Source: Felis catus (lineage: Eukaryota). Taken from it: a stretch of DNA of 64,000 nucleotides. Shown here piece after piece: positions 1 to 11,378 of this stretch. The translations under genes were made by a program, and so were the position numbers. Location: contig NC_058375.1 in assembly GCF_018350175.1 (NCBI RefSeq), positions 38,564,001 through 38,628,000 on the forward strand. The letters are read 5' to 3'. Positions within the stretch are counted from its first letter, which is position 1, and each line of letters begins with the position of its first letter. A model generated the notes under the pieces. It saw only the letters and a program-made list of their open reading frames with translations. It was not told where the DNA came from and made no database searches.

Positions 1-245
1 AGGTTGTCTGTAACATAAAAATGGAAGGAGGTTGCTTAGGGGGCACAGGGAAAGCTGAGACTACGAGTTGGTATGGGAGAGAGGGGTAGGGAATGGTCTG
101 GGTGCTTTATAGTCATTTCTTAAATCATTGGGTTAGAATCATGCAGGCCCAGTCATTGCTGACTAATTAAATTACATCCCTGGGTACCCAATATTAAAAG
201 GCTACACTCCTGTTCCTTGGTATAATTGATCATATCAATATTACA
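1..245 (-). mobile_element. Possible ERV LTR 5' end (U3-like), running off the window edge
   Basis: Minus strand starts TGTAATA at 245, followed by CCAAT (131-127) and TATAAAG (111-105) in promoter order; family not recognised. Confidence 0.35.
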
Positions 246-269
246 ATCATCTGAAGACGTCATATGAGT

Positions 270-420
270 GAAGTCAAATCCCAGATCCACTGATTATGAC
301 CCTAGGCAAGTTGTGTATCATTTTTGAGTTTCAATTTACTAATCTATAAACATGGATAGTAACAGTGATTAAATAAGCTTACATATTGCCTAGTATACAG
401 TAAACATTCAGTAAATACTG
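270..420 (+). mobile_element. MIR relic
   Basis: tgaccctaggcaagttg...gagtttcaatttactaatctataaacatggatagtaa resembles the MIR core. Confidence 0.65.
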
Positions 421-469
421 GAGTAAAGAAAGTAGCTATTTATATCAGTAATAGTACTAGTAGCAGCTG

Positions 470-655
470 TTATTTAATTAGCACCTTTTGAGTCATGCAT
501 ATTACACACACTATTTATAGTCTTTACAGAAACATGCACAGTTAATATTCCTTTTATAGAGGCAGAAACTGATGCTCAGAGAGGTTATATAACTTGCTCA
601 AAGTCACACAGCTAATAGGTGTGGGTCGAGCTGAGATTAGAATCCAAACCCTTGC
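470..655 (-). mobile_element. MIR relic
   Basis: gaaactgatgctcagagaggttatataacttgctcaaagtcacacagcta is the antisense MIR core. Confidence 0.8.
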
Positions 656-689
656 TTGGCCTAGATGAAGTAATAGGGACCAGATTTCT

Positions 690-1460
690 CTTTCAACTTA
701 AGCAACTGAAAAATTGCTTATATTATATTTGAAAATATACAAAACAACTGTTTTCAGACCAGAGGCAGTGCAAGACTAATATATGAACAAAGGGACATAC
801 ATGAAGTGTGCCCTATGATTGCCCTGGCTCTCTGCCAGGAGGCCCATTCCAGACCAAAGAGCAAAGAAGAGTTTCCTGAGCAGACCATGGAAGTCTCACT
901 GCAATTAAACTTCAGAGAGTCTGAAGCAAGTTTGTAGCTTGCACATTCCAGAAAACTCTGCACATTCCAGAAAAGACAGAGCTCTGTGGAAAAGGAATCC
1001 TAGAAATCTGTAAAGGCGTCCTTAAGAGTGTTTTTTTGGGTCCCAAGATGTGCATGCATAGGGTCTCCACGACATCACGAGAAAGGGTCTCCACAGAATC
1101 ATGAGAAAGTGATCAGGGAGAAGTGACCTGTGCAGCTCTCAGGGATCACTCAGGGATAAGAATCATTTGAGTTCCACCACCAAAGTGGTATTCCTCACTG
1201 ATCATTCAGGGCATTCAGTGGAGAACCCAGAAGGGCCATGTCTTAATGGTGGGACTAAACTACTCCAGATTCATTCTAACAAAATGTTTAAATCACAAAA
1301 AGACCGAACTGAACAAAAGAAATTTAACTGCCTGCCATATAAAGTGCAACTCTCTTTAAGGGAAGACAACAAAATCCAGACATGCAACAATGTACAGTTC
1401 ACAATGTCCAGCATGCAATAATAATCAACAGACATGCAAAGAAGTAGGAAAATATGGCCC
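690..1460 (+). mobile_element. Old L1M-type LINE, 5'UTR/ORF1-start fragment
   Basis: aacaaaatccagacatgcaacaatgtacagttcacaatgtccagcatgcaa...agacatgcaaagaagtaggaaaatatggccc resembles ancient L1MC/MD 5' regions; internal tandem duplications at 940-974 (19-bp period) and 1061-1108 (24-bp period). Confidence 0.55.
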
Positions 1461-2269
1461 CAAAGCAGAGCCCAAGCTCTTGCTGCTTTTACAGAAATCT
1501 CATTTGTATAATAAAGTTTAGCTATCATGCAAAGAGATTATAAGACAAAAGCAGTAGCCAAGAGTGACAAGAAGGAAGGGGCAGGGTGTTACTTAGTCAC
1601 TGGCACCAGCAGGCCAGATTGACCCAGAACGGAACCATGATCTGAAGGAAATTCAGAAATAAACATTGTGAGAAGTTGGATTAAAGAATCCTATATGTAT
1701 ATTAGAGGATGACCTGGAGGGAGAGGGGAGGTAGAAATAATTAACAGACTTTTTTTGTTTTTGTTTTTGAAATGCTAGGGACAGGTTATTTTGAATGTGG
1801 TTTATGATCCCAATAGTTGCACCAACGTCAGAGACTAAAATAAAAAACATATGTATTAACTTTATTAAGCCTGGTTCTTAATAAAGTCCCAGGCTTGGGA
1901 CTTGCCTGGTGCATTGGGGTGACCAGTATGGAGGTCATTTCTTCTCTAATCCTAGGCCTCTGAGAGGCAGCAACAAATACAGTGAAGCCAAAATACATTC
2001 TTTCCCCCCACCCCAACCCAAAAAATAACATTCTTGAGAACTCACTCTGTGCTCAGCTCTGTGTTTGGCACCTTTAGGAACAAACGGGAAGAGAAATTTA
2101 TGGTTTATAAGAGGAGTTAGACACCTAAGTATTTCCTAGACTAAATATAGGCTCTTCCAGGAAGAAGCTGCACTTTCATGGTTATTTTTAACGTCATTCC
2201 CAGGACTCTGTGTGGAATAGGTACTCAGGAATTTGCTATTGAATTAAGGAATAAAAACACTCATACAGA

Positions 2270-2430
2270 TCATGGCTTATCTTATTTAATCTTTATCACA
2301 CCTCCATGTAGTGGACAGTATGAACCCCATTTCATAGTGAGGAACCAAGGCTCACAAAAGGAAGATCTGTGCCCAAGGTCATATGGCTAGCAGTGGTGGA
2401 GTCGAGCCTCAGTTCCCAGCCTAGGACTCC
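2270..2430 (-). mobile_element. MIR relic
   Basis: ccccatttcatagtgaggaaccaaggctcaca...tgcccaaggtcatatggctag. Confidence 0.75.
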
Positions 2431-2732
2431 TCTCATGACCCTGTCTCCTCCTGGATCGACCAACAGCAGTATCAGATGTCACATCTGCTGCACTTCCGTC
2501 TACAATGTACACAAGAGAGTTTGGTTTCGACCGTTTTTGCTGTGGTGGAAGTTGACCTACTGCCTTAGTGTTTACAATTGTTTTTTCACTTACAAAACAA
2601 AAAATGAAATGCCACCAAGACCTTTTAAAAAACACTAACACTGACCCCATCTATCCCAGCAGTCCAGAAATGATAAATAGCATTACCAAGGCCCTCAGTG
2701 AAGGCTATCTTTATGGATGTCTCCCCTGACCT

Positions 2733-2920
2733 NNNNNNNNNNNNNNNNNNNNNNNNNNNNNNNNNNNNNNNNNNNNNNNNNNNNNNNNNNNNNNNNNNNN
2801 NNNNNNNNNNNNNNNNNNNNNNNNNNNNNNNNNNNNNNNNNNNNNNNNNNNNNNNNNNNNNNNNNNNNNNNNNNNNNNNNNNNNNNNNNNNNNNNNNNNN
2901 NNNNNNNNNNNNNNNNNNNN
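2733..2920. other. Assembly gap (188 N)
   Basis: Run of N. Confidence 1.
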
Positions 2921-3639
2921 GTCATTTAGGAGGCCGTAAAAGAGCATTATAATCATCTTTAGGCAAAATGGATGGGTCGCCTTTGCTTAGCTTTTAGCTT
3001 TCATTTGCAAAATCAATTTAAGGTAATGTAGCAGTTCTGAGGTGGTGTGACATAGGACACCCCCCACCCCCCACTGTCACTGAATCTCCAGACTCATGCA
3101 AAGCCAATTAAACATACTCTTGAAGGAGGCAGCTGGGATGATGAAGGAAGTATGCTTGAACAAAGCCAGGGTGGAAAAGAAGCTGAACAATGAGACCAAG
3201 AACAACCCGTAAGGGGTGATAAGTCTGAAAGTTCATTGAGGGTGACATGCTCAAGGGTACAAGGGCACACTCAAGGGGAACCGGATAGCCATTCCGGCCT
3301 CTTCAGTTAACAGAGGGAGTTTGAAGTCAAATGTGCTTTGTGTACGCACACGCATACACACTCGTCCCTTTATCATTATATCCCTCTATCATCCACTATT
3401 TCTTTACTTATAAAGTTTTTATTGAACACCTATTAGGTGGCCAGGCACGAGGCATTATTATCTTCATTTTACAGAAAACCAAGGCCGAGAGACATTAAGT
3501 GACTCGTCTTAGTGCTCACGGCCCATGATTGGCAGAGTGAGGCTCCACTCAGGCAGTCTGACTTCACCTGTGTCCTTAACTTCCATGCCATTTTGCTTCT
3601 TGTGAAGGAGAACAATAATAGAAATCAGTTACAATAGCA

Positions 3640-3865
3640 ACCAAGTAATATTTATTCAGTCCTTACTCTGTGCCAAGCACTTTACATGCATGACCTTATT
3701 TAATTTTCATAGCAACCCAATGAAACTATTCCTACCCCTATTTTATAGATTAGGACATCGAGATCTAGAAAGGTTAAACAACTTGTCTACACCTGTGTAA
3801 GTAGCACATGTAGGGCCTGGATGAAACCCAGGTCTTTATGAATCTCAAATTTATGCTCTTAACAT
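3640..3865 (-). mobile_element. MIR relic (a second fragment lies at about 3420-3590)
   Basis: tgtgccaagcactttacatgcatgaccttatttaat...cctattttatagattagga...aggttaaacaacttg. Confidence 0.75.
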
Positions 3866-3889
3866 CTCTTGGAGATTAAATAGAGTCCT

Positions 3890-4627
3890 TGGGGATGATT
3901 TTTAAATGCAGTCACAGGGACACCTGGGCGGCTCAGTCAGTTGAGTGTCTGACTCTTGATTTTGGCTCAGGTCATGGTCCCAGGGTTGTGGGATTGAGCC
4001 CCATGTCAGGCTCCATGCTGAGCATGCAGCCTGCTTGGGATTCTCTTTCTCTTTCTCTCTTTCTCTCTGCCCTTCCCCCATCTCAAAAAAAAAAAAAAAT
4101 ACATCCACAAATTCTTTGTCAGTCTCCTCCCTTCAAGAAGTAGAGATAAGCCCTCTTCCATTCAGTGTGGGCTGGACAGACAGGCAGATAGGCTTGCTCT
4201 AGCAGATAGAATACCATGGAGGGGGATGGCATGTCACCTTTGACATTAGGCTATAAAAAGACTGTGGCATTCATCTTGAGTGCTCTCTCTCTCTCTCCGT
4301 CATCACTCACACTGAGGAATCCAGCTGCCATGACCTGACACTCAGGTAGCCCGTGGAGAGGCCCGTCTGGTAAGGGACTGAAGTACCCAGGAACAGAGGC
4401 CAGCCAAAACCACATGAGCGAGCAAGCTTGAAGAGGATCCTCTAGTCCCAGGTGACAACCAGCCCTGGCCACCAGCTTCCCCCAACCTCCTGAGAGACCC
4501 TGAGCCCGGGCTGCCCAGTAGAGCTGCTCTTATACTCCTGGCCCGCAGAAACTGGGAGATTGTAAGTTGTTGTGGTAAGATCCTGAATTCTAGAGTAAGT
4601 TGTCAGGCAGCCATAGATAACTAATTA
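3890..4627 (+). mobile_element. ERVL-MaLR solo LTR (MLT1F-like) interrupted by a SINEC
   Basis: catccacaaattctttg...cccttcaagaagtagag...cagctgccatg...ggagaggccc...tgagagaccctgagc...cagaaactgggagat...gcagccatagataactaat matches the MLT1F/G layout. Confidence 0.8.
3917..4099 (+). mobile_element. CanSINE (SINEC)
   Basis: tRNA-like head gggacacctgggcggctcagtcagttgag, CT tract and A tail; degenerate TSD aaatgcagtcaca / aaatacatccaca. Confidence 0.95.
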
Positions 4628-6293
4628 ATCCCCCTAGAGATGGCCTAAGAAACTTTGTATCTTACCTATTGATGCCCAGCCTGAGTGAGACCAGGGCCAT
4701 AACCTTGGTGTCAACATGGAGAGCCCTAACCGATCCAATCAGTTATCAGTGGATCTGTGGTTGGTGGAGCTGCTAGAAGATGCCAAGAGGCCCCAGAGAG
4801 CACTAGCTGGGCCCTCTGAGGACAAAAGTTCACATGGTCAGTTTGGTCTCTCTCTTTCTATCTTCCCTGACAGTAATTTTGACAATAACTTGTCATAGGG
4901 AGTGAGGTGTTCTGTGGAGGAGGAAGGGGTGGAGAGCTGGGAGGGGGATGTATAATGTTATAACAGGAGGATTTTTTATTCCTCAGATCTACGCGTTTGT
5001 TATTTTCCCGGCTTCATGATCCCTGAAGGCCATCATAAAGTCAAGAAAATACCTTCCTACTGGTTTCCAAACCAAACTGGCTGCTGTGTTTCCTCTAACA
5101 CTCCAGGGCCCAAACAGGTCCACACCACCACTAAAGCTGTAGAAAAAGAAATCCTGACACCAGTAACAGCACGGTTAGCTGGCATCTGCCTGAGGGCCTG
5201 CTCAGGGTTAGGATGGCCTGGTCACTGGTCTCCCTGTGCTGGCACCATCCTTGCTGGTCCGTCCTCCACCCAGCCACCCAAGCAGTCTTCCTGAAGCGCA
5301 CATGGGAGCACACCATTCCCCAGCTTGCAAACTCATGAGCAACTCCTGGCTGTCCTCCGGACGAGTACAGCCTCCTCTGTGTGGCTCCCCTCTGGTAGCT
5401 GTTGGTGCTCACCTGTCCATCCCTTCCCCAGGCCCCAGCCTCAGCCAACTCCTGGCAGCTCCACAAGCACGAATGTTCTCTCACACCTCCACACTTGGGT
5501 ACACGCTTTTCTCTCTGGGGGAAAAAAGCCAGCCCCCATCTCATCTGTCTGGCTTACTCCTACTCAGCCTTCCAGACTCTGCTCGGATGTTCCTCCTCTG
5601 AGGAGGGAGAGAGGGAACTATCATGTATCCAGGACTTCTTCTAGGCCAACCCTGGTGTTAATGTTGTGCTATATCTGATTTCCTCAGAGCAATAATTTTG
5701 ATTTTCCCCTATAAAATATGGCATATTGAGGGTAATGTGAGGATATCATTCTGCTGTTGATACTGACAATAAAGAGGGAACAGGAGCTGGGAATGATAGT
5801 GAGAACATGCTCAAGGTGCAGAATTTCTTGTACATAAATTTATGAGAAAAATGGCATTTAGGAGGCATCGATAGAGCTTTTTCAGAGGCACTGGAGAACC
5901 AGTGAATTCATCTGGGTAGAGCTGAGGCTTGATGAAGGGCAAAGACATCCATCCAGCCATGCTGACTGAGGGTGAAGCCAGCAGAAGGGGAGGTCTGGAG
6001 GAGGGAGCCTGAGAAAGACAATGGCCCCTGTATTTTTTCTGTCCCCTAAGGGGGTCCCAGCCAGCTGGCTTCCCAAGCAGATGGACCAAGGCTCACATCC
6101 AGGCCCCACAGATTATGGCCCGTGAGTCCTCGGGTAAATTACTTACACATTCTGTGCCTCACTCAGTTCCCGGTGAAATGAGAGTAGTAATCCCCAGCTC
6201 ACAAGAAAAACCTAAGCAAGAGACTTTAAGTCCCTGCCCTATGGCATTGCCTATAATTGCAGGTCCCATTTATTGAGAGAAAAGCCACAGGAA

Positions 6294-6497
6294 TAGGGTT
6301 TCTCAGTACTATGGATATTTTCAGCAGGGTAACTGTTTGCATGGGGCCCTGTGCTGTGCACTGTATGATGTATCCCTAGCCCCTGCCCACTAGATGCCAG
6401 GAGCACTCCACTCCCCTGTTGTGACAATCAAAAATAGTTTCAGACATCCCCAAACGTCCAACGTCTCCTTGGAGGCAAAAGAGCCCCTGGTGTGAAT
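6294..6497 (-). mobile_element. MER20 (hAT-Charlie MITE)
   Basis: agggtttctc...cccactagatgccaggagcac...ttgtgacaatcaaaaat...cagacat matches antisense MER20. Confidence 0.85.
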
Positions 6498-6886
6498 ATT
6501 TTATAAGCTTCTATAAGAATACTCTACCTATTCAGACTGGCCTTGTCACTATCTTCCCAAGCAAACTTTTAATCTCTTAGATTTTCTTTTCCCCAACTCC
6601 TCCCAAAAGCCTTCCCAGATATCTCCAGACTGTAGTGCCCTTACCCTCCTGTCTCTGACTTCACAGAGTTCATCTGGATCCCCTCATCTGGCCATAAATC
6701 ATTGGCGGCCTTGCATAGCAGGATCAAAAGTCACATCTCAGATGTGGTACATCAGGCAGAGGTATGCAATGGACCTTCAGGAACAGGCTGATGGCAGGAG
6801 GGCTCTCCCTACCACCATCTGTCTTGTTTCTAGCACCCTCCAAGCACCTCCAGAAAACAGACCCAGAGCTGCCCACTCTGAATTCC

Positions 6887-7293
6887 TGCTGAGGTGGGGT
6901 CTCCTGGGAAACAGAAGGGAGGCTCTGAGACTGCCTCTAGGAGCTTTACTGGGAATTACTCTCAGGAACACTTGTGAGAGGTGGGAGTTATGCAGGATTG
7001 AGGCGATCTCTAAGGTGACTTTAATCAATCCCATGGGGAGCTCTGGGCCAGGAGGGCCCTGCGCGGTTGTTCCAGGAGGCAATGGGGCAGGCTCTGTCTC
7101 GCACTGACTGGATACTGGATGCAAGTTGTCTCCAGGGCAGGGCTGGGACCTCAGGCAAGGCAGTGTCCTTTGGCTGAGTGCAAGTTCCAGGGAGGAAATC
7201 AGCTGTGAGCTGTCAGCCCCCACCACTCCTGGAAAGGGAGGGAATTGGTCCTGAAGGGGAGCGGGCAGGGTGGTACCCACACTGTCTACTACA
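6887..7293 (-). mobile_element. ERVL solo LTR (LTR16A-like)
   Basis: Minus strand starts tgtagtagac...ccccttcaggacc...gctgacagctcacagctga...ccagagctccccatgggatt. Confidence 0.75.
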
Positions 7294-7330
7294 CCAGCCT
7301 TTAGCTGAAGCAGCTGAAGAGAACAGGGCA

Positions 7331-7545
7331 GGGGTGCCTGGGTGGCTCAGTCGGTTGAGCAGCCGACTTCGGCTCAGGTCACGATCTCGCGGTCCGTGAG
7401 TTCGAGCCCCGCGTCGGGCACTGTGCTGCCCGCTCAGTGCCTGGAACATGTTTCGGATTCTGTGTCTCCCTCTCTCTCTGACCCTCCCCCATTCATGCCC
7501 GTTCTCTCTGTCTCAAAAATAAATAAACGTTTAAAAAAAAAAATT
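7331..7545 (+). mobile_element. Young felid SINEC (SINEC_Fc-like)
   Basis: CpG-rich body with intact A/B boxes; perfect 16-bp TSD tgaagagaacagggca at 7315-7330 and 7546-7561. Confidence 0.97.
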
Positions 7546-7789
7546 TGAAGAGAACAGGGCAGACCTTAGGCCAAAAAAAAAAAAAAAAAAAAAAACCAGG
7601 AAGGCTGAGGACAAAGGGCTGTTTAGTGCAATTCCATACACAAGTTCTAACACTGATCAAATGCCAAACTTGGGGCTGGACCCTGAGGACATGGAGAGGA
7701 ACCAGATGCTGTCCCTGCCATCTGGGAGTTCAAAGACTAATGGAGAAGAAAAGCTCAAGCCTGGCTTTGCAGTTATAAACTTGAATCCT

Positions 7790-7980
7790 AGAGTCAAGCA
7801 GGTGGGTTAAACCCAAGCCCTGCTGCAAATGGCACTGAGCTCTGAGATCATTCATTTCCTCATCTGCAAAATGAGGATAATGATATTGACAAGGGATCTT
7901 GTGAGAATTAACTGAGATAATGCATTGGGTTTATGCACATGACCTGATGCATAGTACATACTTAAAAAATGGTAACTTAC
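7790..7980 (+). mobile_element. MIR relic
   Basis: catttcctcatctgcaaaatgaggataatga...gtgagaattaactgagataatgca. Confidence 0.8.
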
Positions 7981-8534
7981 AAATGCTTAGAGGTCACTTG
8001 GTCCAGCTACTTGATCTCATAGATGCAGAAACTGAGGTCACTAGACTGTAAGCAACACTGGAGCCAAACTTTGTCTTTTTCACAATTTGTATTCCAACGG
8101 CCTCTCACACAGAAGGTGCTCAATAAATGCTGGTGGAATAGTTGTAGAGTACTTGTTGCCCTTTGGTTGAATGAGCTTATGAGGCTAGAACTGAGTGCTC
8201 AGGCTTTCCCCAACAGGTGCTCTGCCTTTCATCTCTCCCAGCCTCCAGAAATTCCTCCCCAGATTCGGGTTGCAGCTTATTAGCAAATGCAAATTGAATT
8301 ACGCTGTGCCCTTTTGCAACAAGGACAACAAAAACAGTTTCCCCAGGAAAAGAGGGCGAGAAGAGGTGAAAGCTGGGATGAAAGTCGAAGACAATACATT
8401 CTAATCAAACTTGATAAATATGTAAATTAGAGCAGCTAAACAGTTGGCTTTGACAAATGACTTGTCGGTAATGGATTTTTCCACAGCTAAGGCGAGAGTT
8501 CAGCCAGCCCGCTACTTTCCAGGCCGGCTGCAGT

Positions 8535-8570
8535 GGGCTGATGGGGCTGATGGGGCTGATGGGGCTGATG
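8535..8570 (+). repeat. (GGGCTGATG)4 tandem repeat
   Basis: Four exact 9-bp copies. Confidence 0.95.
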
Positions 8571-8977
8571 AGGCAGGCACCGGGATGCTAGGAGGTGGAG
8601 CAGAGAGCTAATGCTTCCTTTGATGCCATTTGTTGAGCACCTGCTGGCTGCTGGGCATAGTCTTCGAAGGGGAAAAAATCTCCTCGATGAAGAAGCCTAA
8701 GGAAAGCCAGGGAAGGTCCAGACTCACCAGACTCCAAAGCCTTGTGTCCTGAGGGGCCAAAGCAAACAGCTGTTGAAGAACATAAACTCAGTCCCTCCAG
8801 TGGTTCTATTGCCGCCTAGTGGTCTCACCAACTCAAAAGCTAGTGCCTTTCAGTTTTTTCTCCCCCCACAGGACCTGACACAGTGGTGGTGTTCAGAAAA
8901 GAGATTTCCTTAGCTTGCTACATAGCTCCAAACAGACCCCTTTAAATACCCACTCTCATGTCTGTTTTTCCATCTGC

Positions 8978-9078
8978 AAATTAGCTGCTGGATATTCCCA
9001 GATACGGAATAGAAGATAAAAAATTAGGTGTTGGATATTCCCAGATATGGAACACAAAGGGAAAAAAAAGCTGTTGGA
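8978..9078 (+). repeat. ~43-bp tandem duplication, about 2.3 copies
   Basis: aaattagctgctggatattcccagatacggaa / aaattaggtgttggatattcccagatatggaa / partial agctgttgga. Confidence 0.85.
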
Positions 9079-9299
9079 GGCAGCTCAGCTGAAGGCCCAG
9101 ATAGCATGCAGTAGAAAGGAGCCCTGGATTGCAGATTCTCTGAAAAATGCAAGACCATTGTCATTTCATCGTAAGCATGAAACGCGTGTGTGTGTGTGGA
9201 GGGGAGGAGGGTATTAGCAATAGATAGCCAGAATAATTGCTATGAAATTGATGATTCTAGCAGGTTTTTAAACAATAGGTGAGAGGTGGTTACAAAGGA

Positions 9300-9490
9300 A
9301 CAGGTTTTGAGCAGTTTCTGTGTGCCAAGCACTTTTCATACATTATGATCCAGGTCTCACCAGACTTGGGAAAATGGTTTTGTTTTCCTCTTATCACAGA
9401 TAAGAAATCTGAGGTTACGTGCATTGCCCAGGGCCACCCTTGCCAACAAGCAAGAGTCACAGGTGGAATTTGAATCTGGTCTTTCTATCT
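9300..9490 (-). mobile_element. MIR relic
   Basis: tgtgccaagcacttttcatacatt...cagataagaaatctgaggtt...ttgcccagggccac. Confidence 0.7.
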
Positions 9491-10934
9491 CCTGAGACCA
9501 GTCTTTCTTCTGACACCTCCAAAGGGAATAGTTCATTCCTGAGTTACACCAGATAAAAGACGTTGTTGTGTGTGTGCAGGCATGCAGGCCCATGCATAGA
9601 TCTGCCTTGACTCAAACTCCTACAAATTCCTGAGTTTTTTGTACAAAGCTATCAGAACTGAGGTACAAACAGAAATTCAAGTTGAATGGTTTGCAGGCTT
9701 GGAAAGACACTATTAATACAATTTCCCCAAACAGAGAGCCAATATTTATGAGTGCTCGAAGTGCTCTAGGAAAAGAGTTTCCTGGTAGGGCTGAGAGTAA
9801 TGCGATCCACACCCAGGGCTGAAGATCCGTCTTGCCCAGCGCTGGAGGAATTCAGATTTGAAGAGTGTTCTTTCCTTCCTATTGAGATCTTCATTGACTT
9901 GTATAAAAATACCACTTTCAATCTCAAATCCCCACTGGCATCTTTATATAAGCACTGAAAATGCTACTGGGCTTTGGAGATTTCATTTAATGAAGGAAAA
10001 GTATTTCTATTAAAGAGTGTAATTTTTTTCTCTCTCTCAACACAACATCTTCAGAGGAGCCAGGGAAGCTGGATTGTTCCGGGCTCTGAGAAAACGAACG
10101 AACCCACGCCTCACCCATGACGTGGTTACACAGACTATGAAATGGCAACAGCCAAGGAAGGCAAGGAAGGGTGGGTGACGAGGAAAAAGAAGAGTGATTA
10201 TAATAGATAAACTCCCACATGCCCATGACTTTACAGTTTAGGAAGCACTCTGTCTCTCACTAGGGGGGAGAGTTGTCACCACTCAAACTCAGTCCCCCAT
10301 CTGTATGGTCTGAACAGTGGCCCCCTGCCCCTCGTGGGCCCTGTAATCCCTTCTCAGGCACACGACCCCACTCTCCTGCTTCGGGTCCTGCAGTGGCTCC
10401 CTGTATGCTAGAAGCAAACCCAGCTACTCACTCCCATCCCCCACCTCTTACCCCTCCCTCACTGCTCATCATGCTTGCTTCCACACTGGGGTTCTTTCCA
10501 GTTTCTCTGCCTGGTCTAGGTGGGCGGGGTGGAGGGGTCCCCACTGGGTTCTACGGGGCTGGCTCCTTATTGCTTAAGTCTCTTCCAATGAGGACAGTCG
10601 CTCTGAGGCAGCAGGAACTTTGTCTTAAGTGCTATGGACCCAGGCCTAAAGTGGCACCTGGCAGACACACGTGCTGACGGCCTATTGGTCGAGTCAGTAA
10701 GTACAGCTAACTGGCATTGAGTGATGTGTGTTGGGGAAGGGGAGGACCCCAGGAATAAGACTGAAGACGTGGTTGAGGTCAGCAAATTACCCACGGTCAT
10801 ACAGCTGGTAATGGGTGAGAACAGAACGGATCCCTGTAGGATGAATGTTAAAATCTGTGTTCATTCTGCCTCCCTGGAGCTCCTCCAGGCCCTCACAGAG
10901 GGGCCACCGGGTGCGAGGGGGTGAGGGGCACTTA

Positions 10935-11125
10935 CGGCTGTGCCACTCAACAGCTGTGTGGTCTTGGGAAGGTCCATCCGTGTCTGGATGCCTTGGTCTC
11001 CTCATCCATAAAAGGGGAATGATTTTGAGTAGTCCTGAGGACTAAATGAGTTCAAATAAAGCACCAGTAGTAATAGTGCTTGTCACAGGATAAGCCCTCG
11101 ACTACACGTGTGCTATTCTTAGTCA
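10935..11125 (+). mobile_element. MIR relic
   Basis: gctgtgtggtcttgggaagg...ctcctcatccataaaaggggaatgat...gaggactaaatgag. Confidence 0.7.
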
Positions 11126-11378
11126 TTCAACAGATACTTCTTGGGCTGCCCGCCACCCCCTTGCCCTGTGGAGCCTTCTGCATCCCCAGGCAGTCAGGCG
11201 CCCTCTGCTCTTTTTCCTCCTCACCCCTTCCACCGTGACAGCAATTGCCCATCTCTATGATAGTAATTTGCTTCACTCTCAGGGCCTGCCTTTCCTCTCT
11301 GGACCCTCGGAGCTTTTTGGGGGCAGAAGCCCTGTCCTGTTCATCTCTTCCTGGCACTCATTTCCTTTGCTGGAGACA

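Noticed and set aside
6742-7280. 121-aa and 167-aa ORFs
   Set aside because: Lie largely within an LTR16A-like solo LTR
8845-8875. Strong-looking splice acceptor ttttttctccccccacag
   Set aside because: No convincing paired donor or coding frame; isolated splice-like sites are common by chance
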